Positions 9,988 through 20,298 of a stretch of 60,734 bases of DNA are shown here, one piece after another. A program made the position numbers and the translations under genes. Source of the DNA: Rhodothermia bacterium (GTDB taxonomy: Bacteria > Bacteroidota > Rhodothermia > Rhodothermales > UBA10348); NCBI GenBank assembly GCA_036985715.1, contig BTQE01000004.1, forward strand, positions 1 to 60,734. Direction: 5' to 3'. How positions within the stretch are numbered: the stretch's first letter is position 1; every line of letters starts with the position of its first letter. A model generated the notes under the pieces. That model saw nothing but the letters and a program-made list of their open reading frames with translations, searched no databases and was not told where the DNA came from.

Positions 9988-11283
9988 ATGATCACGTACC
10001 CCAAATACCTGAAGTACATCCGTCGGACAGGCATCGTCCTCTCCCTGGTCCTGCAAGTCTTAGTCGTTGGTGCTCAAGATCTGCAACGCGCCCTCCCCGA
10101 AGACGTCGGCATGTCTTCCGAACGTCTCGAACGACTCACACAAGCCATGCAGGCATATGTTGATAATGATCAGTTGTCAGGAAGTGTTGTCCAGGTCCTT
10201 CGTCATGGCAAGACGGTATATCTGGAAGCGTTCGGGGAAATGGATCGGGAACGCGGGATCCCGATGACGGAGAATGTGATTTTCAGAATTGCCTCTCAAT
10301 CAAAGGCCATCGTGAGTGTGGGGACGCTGATTCTTCAGGAAGAGGGGAAATTGCTCATCAGTGATCCAGTAGGGAAATACATTCCCGAGTTCATGTCGAC
10401 AACCGTCGCTGTCCCGGACGAAGACGGGGGTTATACGGTAGTCGATGCAGAACGTCCCATCACGATTCGGGATCTGCTAACGCATACTTCGGGAGTGAGT
10501 TATGGATACGGCCCGGCCGCCGACCGCTGGGAAGAAGCGGATATCCAGAATTATTATTTCTCCAACCGCGACGAACCGATCCTGGAGACCGTCAAGCGAA
10601 TGGCGGCTCTACCCTTCGATCTCCAACCTGGAACTGAGTTCCTTTATGGGTACTCGACTGATATCCTGGGCGCGGTCGTTGAAGTGGCTTCGGGAATGAC
10701 ACTGGATGCGTTTTTGAAGGACCGCGTGTTTGAACCCCTTCAAATGAAAGACACGCATTTCTATCTTCCACGGGAAAAGAACGGTCGATTTTCCAAAGTG
10801 TATGCCGGCAAAGAGGGAGGGGGAATCGAACCTGCAGAAGATCCTGGCCTGGCTACGGGTCAGGGTGCTTTTGTTGAAGGTCCCAGGAAGAGCTTCTCCG
10901 GTGGTGCCGGTCTTCTTTCGACCGCAAACGACTACGCTCGATTTCTGCAGATGATGCTCAACGGCGGTGAACTGGATGGCGTCCGTGTACTGTCACCCAC
11001 CACAGTGCGGCTGATTCTTTCTGATCACCTTACCGACGTAGATTCACCCTGGAATCAGGCAGCGGGTTTTGGTTTGGGTTTTTATGTTGTAAAAGATGTC
11101 GGAGCCTGGGCTCGGCCAAGTTCAGTGGGTGAATTCGGGTGGGGCGGAGCCTACCATTCAACCTACTGGGCTGATCCTTTGGAAGACTTGGTCGTGGTTT
11201 ACTTTACGCAACTCGTATTTCCTCAGGGTATTGACGATCATCGCAAACTTCGTACACTGATTTACCAGGCAATCATAGAGTGA
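9988..11283 (+). CDS. Serine hydrolase, class-C beta-lactamase/PBP-like family
   Basis: SxxK motif 'FRIASQSKAIV', preceded by a signal peptide after ATG 9988. The track's upstream extension (9883) overlaps dinB and is unlikely. Confidence 0.75.
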   Translation: MITYPKYLKYIRRTGIVLSLVLQVLVVGAQDLQRALPEDVGMSSERLERLTQAMQAYVDNDQLSGSVVQVLRHGKTVYLEAFGEMDRERGIPMTENVIFRIASQSKAIVSVGTLILQEEGKLLISDPVGKYIPEFMSTTVAVPDEDGGYTVVDAERPITIRDLLTHTSGVSYGYGPAADRWEEADIQNYYFSNRDEPILETVKRMAALPFDLQPGTEFLYGYSTDILGAVVEVASGMTLDAFLKDRVFEPLQMKDTHFYLPREKNGRFSKVYAGKEGGGIEPAEDPGLATGQGAFVEGPRKSFSGGAGLLSTANDYARFLQMMLNGGELDGVRVLSPTTVRLILSDHLTDVDSPWNQAAGFGLGFYVVKDVGAWARPSSVGEFGWGGAYHSTYWADPLEDLVVVYFTQLVFPQGIDDHRKLRTLIYQAIIE

Positions 11284-12254
11284 CGACCATGCTTTACAAA
11301 AGAAATTCGCTTTACTGGATTATCGGCCTGATGGTTTTTCCGCTTTCTTGTTCGACCACCGCCCGTAACTTCACCATAATTGTGCTTCCGGATACGCAGT
11401 ATTACTCGGCGAGCATGAATGGCGGTACACCGGAGATGTTCGAAGCCCAAACGAGATGGATTGTTGAAAACCGGAAGGAGCTTAACATCGTCTTCGTGAC
11501 TCAGGTCGGAGATCTCGTTCAGAACGGCGATGATGTCCCTGATGAATGGCAAGCTGCCGACGCCGCCATGTCATTGCTGGACGATCCGGAAACGACAGGA
11601 CTCGCGGGAGGTATTCCGTTTGGGATTGCGGTCGGAAATCACGATCAATCTCCAGCCGATGATGCAGACGGGTCGACTTCGTACTTCAATCGTTATTTCG
11701 GGTTATCTCGATTTTCGGGAAAAGAATATTATGGAGGTCATTATGGAGAGAATTATGACAACCACTACGAGTTATTCAGTGCGAGTGGTCTGGATTTCCT
11801 AGTTATTAATATCGAATACGATCTTTCGCCAGACGAAAATGTTCATTCCTGGGCTGATTCTGTTCTCAAAGAATATCCAGATCGTCAAGCAATTTTGGTC
11901 ACGCATTACCTGATTGATTCCGGCAATCCTGCCGAATTCAGTCCACAGGGTCAGTCGATATACGATGCCTTAAAAGACAATCCCAATCTCTTCCTTATGA
12001 TCGGAGGACATATCGGTAGCAACGGTGGGGAAGGACAACGAGTGGATACATACAATGGTTCGACCGTAATTTCGATTCTGGTTGATTACCAGAACCGCGA
12101 GAACGGCGGGAACGGGATGCTTCGGATTTTGCGCTTCAATCCAGCTCAGAATGAAATCCTTGCTCGTACGTTCTCACCTGTCGCGAACAGCGGACGAGGC
12201 TCTTTCGAAACCGACGAAGACAGCGAATTTGTCATTCGTCACGAAATGAAGTGA
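11280..12254 (+). CDS. Calcineurin-like metallophosphoesterase
   Basis: Motifs 'VLPDTQYY', 'VGDLVQNGDD', 'GNHD', 'VTHY' and 'GGHIG'. The start is either GTG 11280 or ATG 11289. Confidence 0.7.
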   Translation: MTTMLYKRNSLYWIIGLMVFPLSCSTTARNFTIIVLPDTQYYSASMNGGTPEMFEAQTRWIVENRKELNIVFVTQVGDLVQNGDDVPDEWQAADAAMSLLDDPETTGLAGGIPFGIAVGNHDQSPADDADGSTSYFNRYFGLSRFSGKEYYGGHYGENYDNHYELFSASGLDFLVINIEYDLSPDENVHSWADSVLKEYPDRQAILVTHYLIDSGNPAEFSPQGQSIYDALKDNPNLFLMIGGHIGSNGGEGQRVDTYNGSTVISILVDYQNRENGGNGMLRILRFNPAQNEILARTFSPVANSGRGSFETDEDSEFVIRHEMK

Positions 12255-12580
12255 AACATCTTTCTCGCGCCGACGAAATTCTCATGCTTTCGATTGCCTG
12301 TTTGGGGGAGAAGGCATATAGCACGTCCATTCTCAAAGAGATGGCAGGCCGAGGCGGTAAAAGGGTGACTGTCGGAAGTCTCTGGGTATCGCTCGATCAA
12401 TTAACTGAAAAGGGATACGTTCGAAAACGTCAAGCGAAGGGCGAAAGTCGGCACGGAGGGCGACCTCGTATTTACTACCGCCTGACACCGAAAGGGGCTA
12501 GGATGCTCGCGAGGATGCGTGATTTTCAAAAAGATCTCTGGAAAGGAGTCCCTAATCTCGATACGTACGATTTCGGGTGA
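12251..12580 (+). CDS. PadR-family transcriptional regulator
   Basis: 109-aa winged HTH: 'YSTSILKEM...VTVGSLWVSLDQLTEKGYV...RIYYRLTPKG'. GTG start overlaps the upstream stop. Confidence 0.7.
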   Translation: MKHLSRADEILMLSIACLGEKAYSTSILKEMAGRGGKRVTVGSLWVSLDQLTEKGYVRKRQAKGESRHGGRPRIYYRLTPKGARMLARMRDFQKDLWKGVPNLDTYDFG

Positions 12581-12672
12581 GCACCCACCCGGGTGTTCCC
12601 GAAACGGAAGAGGGCGCCGGGATAAACCCAGACGCCCTCGTTTCGAAAACTCATGTCAACCGACAACTTTCG

Positions 12673-14985
12673 CTATCGTCTGAACAGGTACTGGGCTTTA
12701 AAGAATATCTGGCGACTAGATTGAGCGAAAATGCTCGGGTCGCCGGGATTCTGACCGCTGAAGGTGTCGTAACGATGCGTAGAGCCCACGTGAAATACGG
12801 TAAACGAATTCACACGGTAGGTTACGAGGGGATCGATCTCGAGGCTTTCGGCAAAATCGTTGTACTGGATGATCAAGCGCGCCAACAGCTTACCGGTGAA
12901 CTGGTAATTGAAGCGCGAGCGGAGAATGTAGCCGGAGAACACGTCATCTCCCGTATCCGGATTCTTGAGGTCGGAGTAATCGATTTGAGGTCGGATGACA
13001 AAGCGCTGCGTGGGTCTAAGGGTCGCATTTGCTCCGAAGCTTCGGCTGTTACCCAGGAAGGGATCAGCCACATTTCTCGCGATTGATTGCCCCCAATTCA
13101 CATTGAATCCGAGTTGGATCTGTTCACTGAAATTGCTGCGGACATTCCCAAAGAACGAACGAATCCCTTTGAACTCCTTCTCGGCGAAAATCTCGCGCGA
13201 AAATCGCATCTGCAGATTGACGTTCGTCTGACGCTTGAGCTGAAGGTTCAAGCCCGGAGCAAACCAATCCGACTTGGAAAGACCGTCGAAATTCCATGAC
13301 TTCATTCCCATGATGCGGGGAGAAATCCGGTCGATAAAGCTGGATTTAGGATAAAACGTCACGTTCTGAAAGCTAAAAATTCGACGGACGGCATTCTGGT
13401 TGATGAAGCCGTTGTCGGCCCTGAACGTCGGGCTGAACTCACGGTACGAAACGTCGAAATTCCAATGACGCGCACCCCGTCGGATGCTTCCGTAAAGCGC
13501 ATGGCCCCAGAACGACTCTCCATCAAAAGCGGCAGTATAGCTTCCATTGTCAAACGTCAGGTCACCTAGTCCAGCTGACATTTCTTCATTCGTCCCCTCA
13601 ATTGTTCGACTGGCCACCGCCTGGAATGAAAACGTGTAATTCGTCAAGAATCGGAGTGATCCGTCCATACCGAATGTTGATCCGGATCCCCCGGCATCCA
13701 ATCTACGATCCGTAACCAGGGCTCCGATGAACGATGAATTGGAAAAACTCTGACGGGCTCTCAAGATGTTCGAAAAAGATTTTCCGCCCGAGATCAAGCG
13801 GCTGCTCTCTTCGAAGGGCAACAGAACGGGCGACTGATTGTCGCGAGCGCCGATGTAACCCAAGCTGAGGTTACCAAACCTCCCCGTCAGCTTATTGGCT
13901 ACGATCGGATCGTTGATCGATCGGGTGTAAACGGTCTGAAGTGATGTCTGAAACAGGTCGCTCCCTTCCTGGAAAAATGTTCTTCTCTCTGGAAAGAATA
14001 AAGCAAAGGTAGAGTTGACATCGATCTGAGCAGCGTCTGACTCAATCTGGCTGAAGTCCGGATTGAGCGTAAGATCTGCCGTAAGGTCGGAGGTGATGCC
14101 GTACTTCACGTTCAGGGAAGGTTCGGCGCTTAAACGATCGTTGTCAAAGAATCCTTTCGGCTGCTTAAAATCAGCTAGTGCGCCTGATTGGCTTCCAGTT
14201 ATGGTCGGAAGAATTTCGAGGTTTTTGCCCGCCCGGATTCCTCGCATTCCTTCCAGGAATCCCAATTGACATGAAAAGCAGGGGTCATCTCTATTGATGC
14301 CTGCCCACGAATACTGATTCCGGCTATCGCGAGGATGGGTGATCCAGAACGTCGCTCTCCAGGTTTGGACATCAGATTCCGGGAAGCGCAGACTCCTGAA
14401 GGGGATTGCCATCTCTACCTGGTAACCACTTGCCGTCACTTTGCCGGCGGACTCATAAATCATATTGAAAGAAACATCCTCTCCGTTGGCAGACATGAAC
14501 GTATCGCCCTGGATTCCTTTTGGATTGGCAGCAATGAAGTACGTCTGTTGACCATCTCCATTCGTGTCCAGAATCATCCCAACATAGTCGTCTGAAAAGA
14601 TGGCATCTCGATCGCTGAAGTTCGACCGAATCTCACTGGGATCGTCCTCTATCAGATAGGCCAGATACAGGTTGTCCGTATCGTACGTGACGAGGACCTC
14701 AATACCGATCGGTGGCTCGGCAAGATCGTCCGGAAAGTTCTCAGAGAAATTGACGGCCCTTGCTGCGTCGGCCCAAAAAACCTCGTCAATCTCGCCGTCA
14801 ATTCTGATGTCCCCGGTAATGGGTGCGATCTGAAGCGAAGGCAGAATATTCGGTTGAAAGGACGTCCCAGCGGATGTTGGCCCATCATCGGGAGCCGTCG
14901 GCTGGGCGAGTAACACCAAGGGTGTAATGGCAATTAGAAATACGAATGCAACTGGCGTGTACGCCAGATTTTTAGCAAAGCTCAT
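12673..14985 (-). CDS. CBM9-like / DUF5916 domain secreted protein
   Basis: 770 aa with a signal peptide. N-terminal 'IDGEIDEVFW...TDNLYLAYLIEDD' is CBM9/DOMON-like. The long beta-rich C-terminal region is typical of DUF5916 proteins. Confidence 0.6.
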   Translation of the reverse strand: MSFAKNLAYTPVAFVFLIAITPLVLLAQPTAPDDGPTSAGTSFQPNILPSLQIAPITGDIRIDGEIDEVFWADAARAVNFSENFPDDLAEPPIGIEVLVTYDTDNLYLAYLIEDDPSEIRSNFSDRDAIFSDDYVGMILDTNGDGQQTYFIAANPKGIQGDTFMSANGEDVSFNMIYESAGKVTASGYQVEMAIPFRSLRFPESDVQTWRATFWITHPRDSRNQYSWAGINRDDPCFSCQLGFLEGMRGIRAGKNLEILPTITGSQSGALADFKQPKGFFDNDRLSAEPSLNVKYGITSDLTADLTLNPDFSQIESDAAQIDVNSTFALFFPERRTFFQEGSDLFQTSLQTVYTRSINDPIVANKLTGRFGNLSLGYIGARDNQSPVLLPFEESSRLISGGKSFSNILRARQSFSNSSFIGALVTDRRLDAGGSGSTFGMDGSLRFLTNYTFSFQAVASRTIEGTNEEMSAGLGDLTFDNGSYTAAFDGESFWGHALYGSIRRGARHWNFDVSYREFSPTFRADNGFINQNAVRRIFSFQNVTFYPKSSFIDRISPRIMGMKSWNFDGLSKSDWFAPGLNLQLKRQTNVNLQMRFSREIFAEKEFKGIRSFFGNVRSNFSEQIQLGFNVNWGQSIARNVADPFLGNSRSFGANATLRPTQRFVIRPQIDYSDLKNPDTGDDVFSGYILRSRFNYQFTGKLLARLIIQYNDFAESLEIDPLVTYRVNSFTVFHVGSTHRYDTFSGQNPGDPSIFAQSSRQIFFKAQYLFRR

Positions 14986-15272
14986 TGGACAACGACCTGT
15001 AAACGTTTAGTGCAGTGTGGCAGGTCGAAGAAGAAATGCGTCATCAATCTCCCTCTCGTTGCGACGACTACGGGAGAACTCGGTCGATGTTACACATTGC
15101 ACCGCTTTCGGTGCTAAAAAAATACCCCCTAAGATATTTTCGAAAATAATCGCCGACAAAGCAGAGAAAAACGTCTATTCCCGCTTAACAATACCGTATC
15201 TCGAGTCGATATTCTTCCGTGTAAGGAGCACCAAGAACTACGTAATACCGGTGTATTTGCCGGGTTTAGAAT

Positions 15273-15506
15273 ATGGAAGACCGTAGTACGATAACGAAGG
15301 AAGAAAAATTGACCGCTGAGCTCGAATCTCTTCGCGCATGGCAAAAGGAACTGGTTGCCTTCATTTCGGACAGCCTGGAAGACCCGGAAGTGTCGCGCGA
15401 GGATTTTGCATCCGGTTTGGCGCAACTGACGCGGGTTCTTCTGCAGCTCAAGACCATTTTCGACGATGCGCACGAACCGGTCGAAGAAAAAGTCAGCGAA
15501 GCCTAA
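15273..15506 (+). CDS. Hypothetical small acidic helical protein
   Basis: 77-aa ORF in an otherwise non-coding 850-bp gap. No motif recognised. Confidence 0.3.
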   Translation: MEDRSTITKEEKLTAELESLRAWQKELVAFISDSLEDPEVSREDFASGLAQLTRVLLQLKTIFDDAHEPVEEKVSEA

Positions 15507-15619
15507 TCTGTCCATTCTAAATCGGACTTGCTAATTAGGTCAAATTTCGTTCCATTGATAAAAACTCAGTCGTTATTAGAACGATTGGAGCCTGTTTTGT
15601 CTTATCAGGAACGAATCTC

Positions 15620-15712
15620 ATGAATCATCGCTTGAAAAGGCAGCTCTTGTTGACGGCCGCTGTCTTCATCGGAATATTTATCGTGATGGCTCTCTTGAGC
15701 CGACTTGGATAG
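15620..15712 (+). CDS. Possible 30-aa single-TM micro-protein
   Basis: ATG..TAG ORF 'MNHRLKRQLLLTAAVFIGIFIVMALLSRLG', below the track's size cutoff. The only support is the positive-inside plus TM pattern. Confidence 0.2.
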   Translation: MNHRLKRQLLLTAAVFIGIFIVMALLSRLG

Positions 15713-15835
15713 CCGACCGTCCCGTTCCGGAGCAAGCAACTCGCATTCTCCATTTCTTGTCCGGGTTGGTTTGGGGCTTGTACAGGCAGCGATTAACTTC
15801 GCGCTGCCTCATCACGATAGTCATCCATTCTTGCC

Positions 15836-16516
15836 ATGAAGTTTTTTGTCGATACCGCTGATCTTGGTGAAATCCAGGAAGCCAACGAGATGGGCGTGCT
15901 GGACGGTGTAACCACCAATCCATCCCTCATGCGAAAAGCGGGAGACTCCGATTTCCACGAACACATCCTGAAGATCTGTGAGATCGTAGACGGTGACGTA
16001 TCGGCAGAAGTGATCGCTACTGACTACGATGGAATCATCTCGGAGGCTCATACGCTTGCAAAGATTCACGACAACGTGGTCGTCAAAGTCCCCCTCATTC
16101 TCGATGGGATAAAGGCCGTTCGCTCGCTTTCCTCCGAAGGAATCAAAACAAACTGCACGCTGTGTTTCTCACCGAATCAAGCACTGATTGCGGCCAAGGC
16201 GGGCGCGACGTATGTAAGCCCGTTTGTGGGTCGTCTGGATGACATCTCGATGTCGGGCATGGATCTCGTTGAGCAGATTGTAACGATTTATTCGAACTAC
16301 GACTTTCAGACTCAGATACTGGTCGCGTCGATCCGTCATCCCCTGCACGTCGTAGAGTCGGCGCTAATGGGAGCTGACGTAGCCACGATGCCTTTGAAGG
16401 TGATCAAGCAACTGATCAAACACCCCTTGACGGACATCGGAATAGAACGCTTTATCAGTGACTGGAAAGCGTATCAGGCTGCTGCAGAAGCTGGATCAAA
16501 TGGTGTCGATGTATAA
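15836..16516 (+). CDS. tal: Fructose-6-phosphate aldolase / short (type 3B) transaldolase
   Basis: '[32 protein letters not shown]' and 'VVKVPL' (Schiff-base Lys region). 226 aa. Confidence 0.9.
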   Translation: MKFFVDTADLGEIQEANEMGVLDGVTTNPSLMRKAGDSDFHEHILKICEIVDGDVSAEVIATDYDGIISEAHTLAKIHDNVVVKVPLILDGIKAVRSLSSEGIKTNCTLCFSPNQALIAAKAGATYVSPFVGRLDDISMSGMDLVEQIVTIYSNYDFQTQILVASIRHPLHVVESALMGADVATMPLKVIKQLIKHPLTDIGIERFISDWKAYQAAAEAGSNGVDV

Positions 16517-16566
16517 ACCTACGTCGCACTTAAATCCAGCATTGTTCTGACCGGGGTACGGACGCC

Positions 16567-17964
16567 ATGATCTACATCGCGCTGGGTGCGTCCGATGAAA
16601 TCGGCGGAAGCTGTCACTTTCTGAACATTCATGGTTCTGGACTGCTTCTGGATACGGGAATTGATCCGGAGGCCGAAGGACTTGACGGAATACCCCGCCT
16701 GGACATCATTCAGGATAACCCAAATTACTGGGTAGACCACGCGTTCGTGACGCATGCACACCATGACCATATCGGGGCGATGCCCGTCGTCCTGCAGAAA
16801 TTTCCCCACGCGATAGCCCACATGTCACGTGCCACGGAGCAGCTTGCAGAAATCCTCTTACCGGCTTCTGCACGTCTTCAACTTCGCAAACAGCGGGAAG
16901 GCACATCTTCTGTAAACCCACTGTTTTATGAAGAAGAACTGGAGGCCTACAGCTATCTGTATCGGTCACACGAGCTGAATACGCGATTCGATGTAACCGG
17001 CGTTCGGGCTTCAGTGCCCATCAGGGCATCGTTTTTCGACGCAGGTCACATACTGGGGGCCGTCGGGATCCTGCTTGAGTTCGAGAGCGAGGGGGAGGAG
17101 AAGCGTTATTTCTATACGGGTGATACTGGAATGAGAGCACAGACCATTATTCCGGGAGCAGAATATCCTGATGGTCCGATCGATGTCTTATTTTTGGAAT
17201 CCACTCTCGGCGCAGACCCGGAAACAGAGAAAACGACTCGACGGACTGAAGAAAACGGTCTGGGTGAAGCACTGGCGACTGTTCTAAAACGAGGAGGAAC
17301 CGTGCTGTTGCCGGTATTCGCTTTGGGCCGAGGGCAGGAAATTATCGCGCTGATTGACAGGTACAAAAATCGTGGGTCGATCCCACAGGAGACTCCAGTC
17401 TATACGGCGGGATTGATGCGAGCTATTTCTGACGTCTATGACAGGACCCGGTTTTCAACGCCTCGCTTGAATTCGGGCTTTGAGGTTTATGGCGTCCCTC
17501 AAAGCAGACTTCCGCGAAACCAGACGGCTACGCTACAGGCGCTATCTGAACCGTCGATCCATCTCGTTGGAAGTGGAATGATGTTCGAGCGAACCATTTC
17601 CAATCGATTGGCACAACAACTCGTGGAATCGGAGAAAAACGGCATCTTCATGGTGGGTTATACGAGACCGGATTCACCGGGACACCGGTTACTGGAAGCG
17701 AGGCGCGCAGGAAAAGGAACCAAGGTTGTTATCGATGAAAATAAAGGGCCACAACCCGTTCGATGTGATGTAGAACGGTTCCGTTTTAGCGGGCACAGTC
17801 ATCGACGAGACCTGTTGAAAGTGGTAGAGAGGTTAACTCCAGAGCGAATCATCCTGGTTCACGGCGAGACGGAAGCACGCACCTGGATGAAAGATAATAT
17901 TGAATACTTCTATCCGGAGATCGACGTCGTCTCGCCGGAAACGGGTCAGGTTGTCGAATTGTAG
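16567..17964 (+). CDS. MBL-fold / beta-CASP family hydrolase (RNA-metabolising type)
   Basis: 'VTHAHHDHIG' metallo-beta-lactamase motif. Length and C-terminal 'SGHSHRRDL...ILVHGE' fit beta-CASP nucleases. Confidence 0.7.
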   Translation: MIYIALGASDEIGGSCHFLNIHGSGLLLDTGIDPEAEGLDGIPRLDIIQDNPNYWVDHAFVTHAHHDHIGAMPVVLQKFPHAIAHMSRATEQLAEILLPASARLQLRKQREGTSSVNPLFYEEELEAYSYLYRSHELNTRFDVTGVRASVPIRASFFDAGHILGAVGILLEFESEGEEKRYFYTGDTGMRAQTIIPGAEYPDGPIDVLFLESTLGADPETEKTTRRTEENGLGEALATVLKRGGTVLLPVFALGRGQEIIALIDRYKNRGSIPQETPVYTAGLMRAISDVYDRTRFSTPRLNSGFEVYGVPQSRLPRNQTATLQALSEPSIHLVGSGMMFERTISNRLAQQLVESEKNGIFMVGYTRPDSPGHRLLEARRAGKGTKVVIDENKGPQPVRCDVERFRFSGHSHRRDLLKVVERLTPERIILVHGETEARTWMKDNIEYFYPEIDVVSPETGQVVEL

Positions 17965-17983
17965 CCTGCGCCCTCTACAGGGC

Positions 17984-18993
17984 TCAGTCGTAGTGAACAT
18001 TGACGATTGGGAGCCACCGAAGGCCTTTTCGTTTGTTACCGGCATAGTTGAGCAATCCGATCTGGACACCATTCAGGTGTTTGGTCCAGTTGAAGATTCC
18101 AATCGTCAGGCCGTTTTGTTCTCCTTTGATGTGGTTATACGCAGCGATTGAAACGCCCCGAAAATAGCCGTCTTCCTCGATCTTGAAATACAGAGGCGAA
18201 AAGACTGCTGCTCTCACATCTTGGCCACCGGCGGCGACACCGGATAACACTAAACCGCGAACAATTGGGGCGCCCACAGCAATTCCGCCAATGTGAATCC
18301 CTTTTAGCAGGTTTCCCGCTCCAACTCCGATGCCACCGATTGATAATCCAATGAGATCATGGCCGGCTCCGGCTCCGATTCCTCCAATCATGATCCCTCG
18401 AACGTCATGGCCCGCGCCTACGCCGAGACCTCCGACGAACAGCCCGTGGCATCACGGCCTGCTCCAGCACCCAGGCCACCAATGAAGACCCCTCGAACAT
18501 CATTTCCAGCACCGACCCCGAGCCCACCGATTCCTATCCCTTCCATATTTCTTCCCGCACCTGCACCGAGGCCGCCGATCATGATGCCGGTGGCGTCTCT
18601 CCCCGAGCCGCCTCCGAGGCCCCCGATTGCCACACCGACGATATCGCGCCCGGCTCCCGCGCCAAGACCACCAATCATGATTCCAGTCAAGGATTCTTCA
18701 GCGCCGACACCCAATATTCCCAACCCCAGTCCTTCGATGTTCTTTGCTCCGGTGGTCGGAAGGCCGAGAGCAAGCCCCGTGACCCCTCCACGTGCAGGTT
18801 CATACGGCGTCCAAATCGTTGCATTGATCCCCGTCATCTTCCGAAGACAGCGGTCTCTATAATTGAATCTCAGTCCAGTAAATTCTTCAGAATCCCCGAA
18901 AGAAATACCCACATTGTCGACAGCTAAATCGAGGCTTTGGCCAGAAACCTGTACGGCGAGAGCGCCTGCAATGAGTACGAACAGCGCGCGCAT
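17984..18993 (-). pseudogene. Secreted glycine-rich 16-aa-repeat protein, interrupted by a 1-nt frameshift at about 18,443-18,445
   Basis: Track ORFs 18418..19248 and 17984..18391 carry the same 'G.xIGGLGAGAGRDxxG' 48-bp repeat. Adding one G to the GGG run (plus-strand CCC 18443-18445) reads through as '..GRDATGLFVGGLGVGAGHDVRGIMIGGIGAGAGHD..'. The signal-peptide start 'MRALFVLIAGALAVQVSGQ' is at 18993. Confidence 0.75.
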
Positions 18994-19099
18994 GTTTAAT
19001 AGCGGTATGAAGTGAAACTGCGTCCTGGCGTCGTAAACGGATTCCATCCAGAGAAGGTTACACCTGTTGGACGTAAGCCAGGAACCTCTTCCGACGAGC

Positions 19100-20215
19100 C
19101 TAATTGTGAAGCCCGTCCAGAATACACCGGTAGTCTGAAGTTGCCATTTCTTGCGGATTGGACGCATTTGAATTATTGCGCTCCGCAAGAGACGCGATTT
19201 CGTCAAACGACTCAACTGGAATCTCAAGTGAGCGAAGAGGAGGTACATTGAGCCTTGAGATAAGATTCTCTATCTGATTGAGCATCGTTTCCAGCGACTC
19301 CCACTCCGACAGACGATCAATTTTCTCTCGTATGGTAGAATGTTGATATCGCATCACCGGGATGAGCAACTGAGCGTTTAGTAGTCCATGTGGATGGTCG
19401 AAGAGGCCCCCGATACTCTCCGAAAGACAATGCACGGCACCAACGTCTGCATTTCCAAAAGCCATTCCGGCTAGAGTCGATGCTTTCATCATTTCAAATC
19501 GATGCAGGGCATCTTTCGGATCGTTCGCGCACGGTTCCAGGTGACTTATAATCAGAGATATAGCCCGCGTGGCAAGAACGTCAGATATTGGATTTGAACA
19601 CCGGCTTACCAATGCTTCGATCGCGTGCGTAAGCGCGTCCAGGCCGGTATACGAAATCAACGAGGGTGGTAGTGTCTGGATCAGATCTGAATCGACAAGG
19701 GCGAGTGTCGGATACATCCCGTCTCCCTTGATACTGATTTTTCTTCTAGACTCCGAATCGGAAACGACGGCAACCCATGTTACCTCAGAACCTGTACCAC
19801 AGGTCGTTGGTATGGCGATGAACGGGATGGGCCTATTCGTAAATAGATTTTTCCCCTCATAGTCTTTGCACGACTCCGAATTCCGAGCCAGCATGGATAC
19901 CATTTTCGCCGTATCCAGCACACTGCCTCCACCAATCCCTACGACACCATCCGCCTCGAACTGTCGTGCAGATTCGGCGGCCCGATCCACTTTCTGGGTT
20001 CTGGGGTTCGGATCGACATCAGAATATTCCCGGACTTCGCCGCAGGATTCAGAAAGCGCCTCTCGCACAATCGAAGGCCAGGGTGTTTGGCTCAGGCCCT
20101 GATCGAAGACCAAGAACGGTCTTTCAACGCCCAGATCGCGAATCTCCGCACCAAGCCGGGACAATGCTCCGGGAGCAATCGTAGTTCGAGTGGGAAGTCG
20201 GAAGGGCGATTGCAC
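19100..20215 (-). CDS. Iron-containing (group III) alcohol dehydrogenase
   Basis: 'VGIGGGSVLDTAK' plus His-rich metal-site helices ('DALTHAIE', 'GAVHCLSE'). GTG start. Confidence 0.85.
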   Translation of the reverse strand: MQSPFRLPTRTTIAPGALSRLGAEIRDLGVERPFLVFDQGLSQTPWPSIVREALSESCGEVREYSDVDPNPRTQKVDRAAESARQFEADGVVGIGGGSVLDTAKMVSMLARNSESCKDYEGKNLFTNRPIPFIAIPTTCGTGSEVTWVAVVSDSESRRKISIKGDGMYPTLALVDSDLIQTLPPSLISYTGLDALTHAIEALVSRCSNPISDVLATRAISLIISHLEPCANDPKDALHRFEMMKASTLAGMAFGNADVGAVHCLSESIGGLFDHPHGLLNAQLLIPVMRYQHSTIREKIDRLSEWESLETMLNQIENLISRLNVPPLRSLEIPVESFDEIASLAERNNSNASNPQEMATSDYRCILDGLHN

Positions 20216-20289
20216 GGATGTTATTGCCGGATGTTACTGCACGGATATTAGTGCACGGCTACTATTGCACGGATACTATTGCACGGGAA
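20207..20289 (-). repeat. Six tandem copies of a 14-bp unit (core TGCACGG on +, CCGTGCA on -) filling the ctp/Fe-ADH spacer
   Basis: Cores start at 20211, 20225 (TGCCGG variant), 20238, 20252, 20266 and 20280. Spacing is 14/13/14/14/14. The first unit overlaps the ADH GTG start. Confidence 0.9.
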
Positions 20290-20298
20290 TGTTAAAGG

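Noticed and set aside
12577-13086. 169-aa plus-strand ORF following padR.
   Set aside because: It overlaps the 3' part of the CBM9/DUF5916 gene on the opposite strand, and its composition is not protein-like beyond the first residues. The minus-strand frame is continuous over 770 aa.
18359-18862. Proline-rich 167-aa ORF ('PAPAPRPPI' repeats).
   Set aside because: It is a reverse-complement artefact of the GGLGAGAG repeat gene: Gly codons GGN read as Pro CCN on the other strand.
20207-20289. The 14-bp tandem array as a mini-CRISPR.
   Set aside because: The units abut one another with no spacers, they are far shorter than CRISPR repeats, and there are no cas genes.
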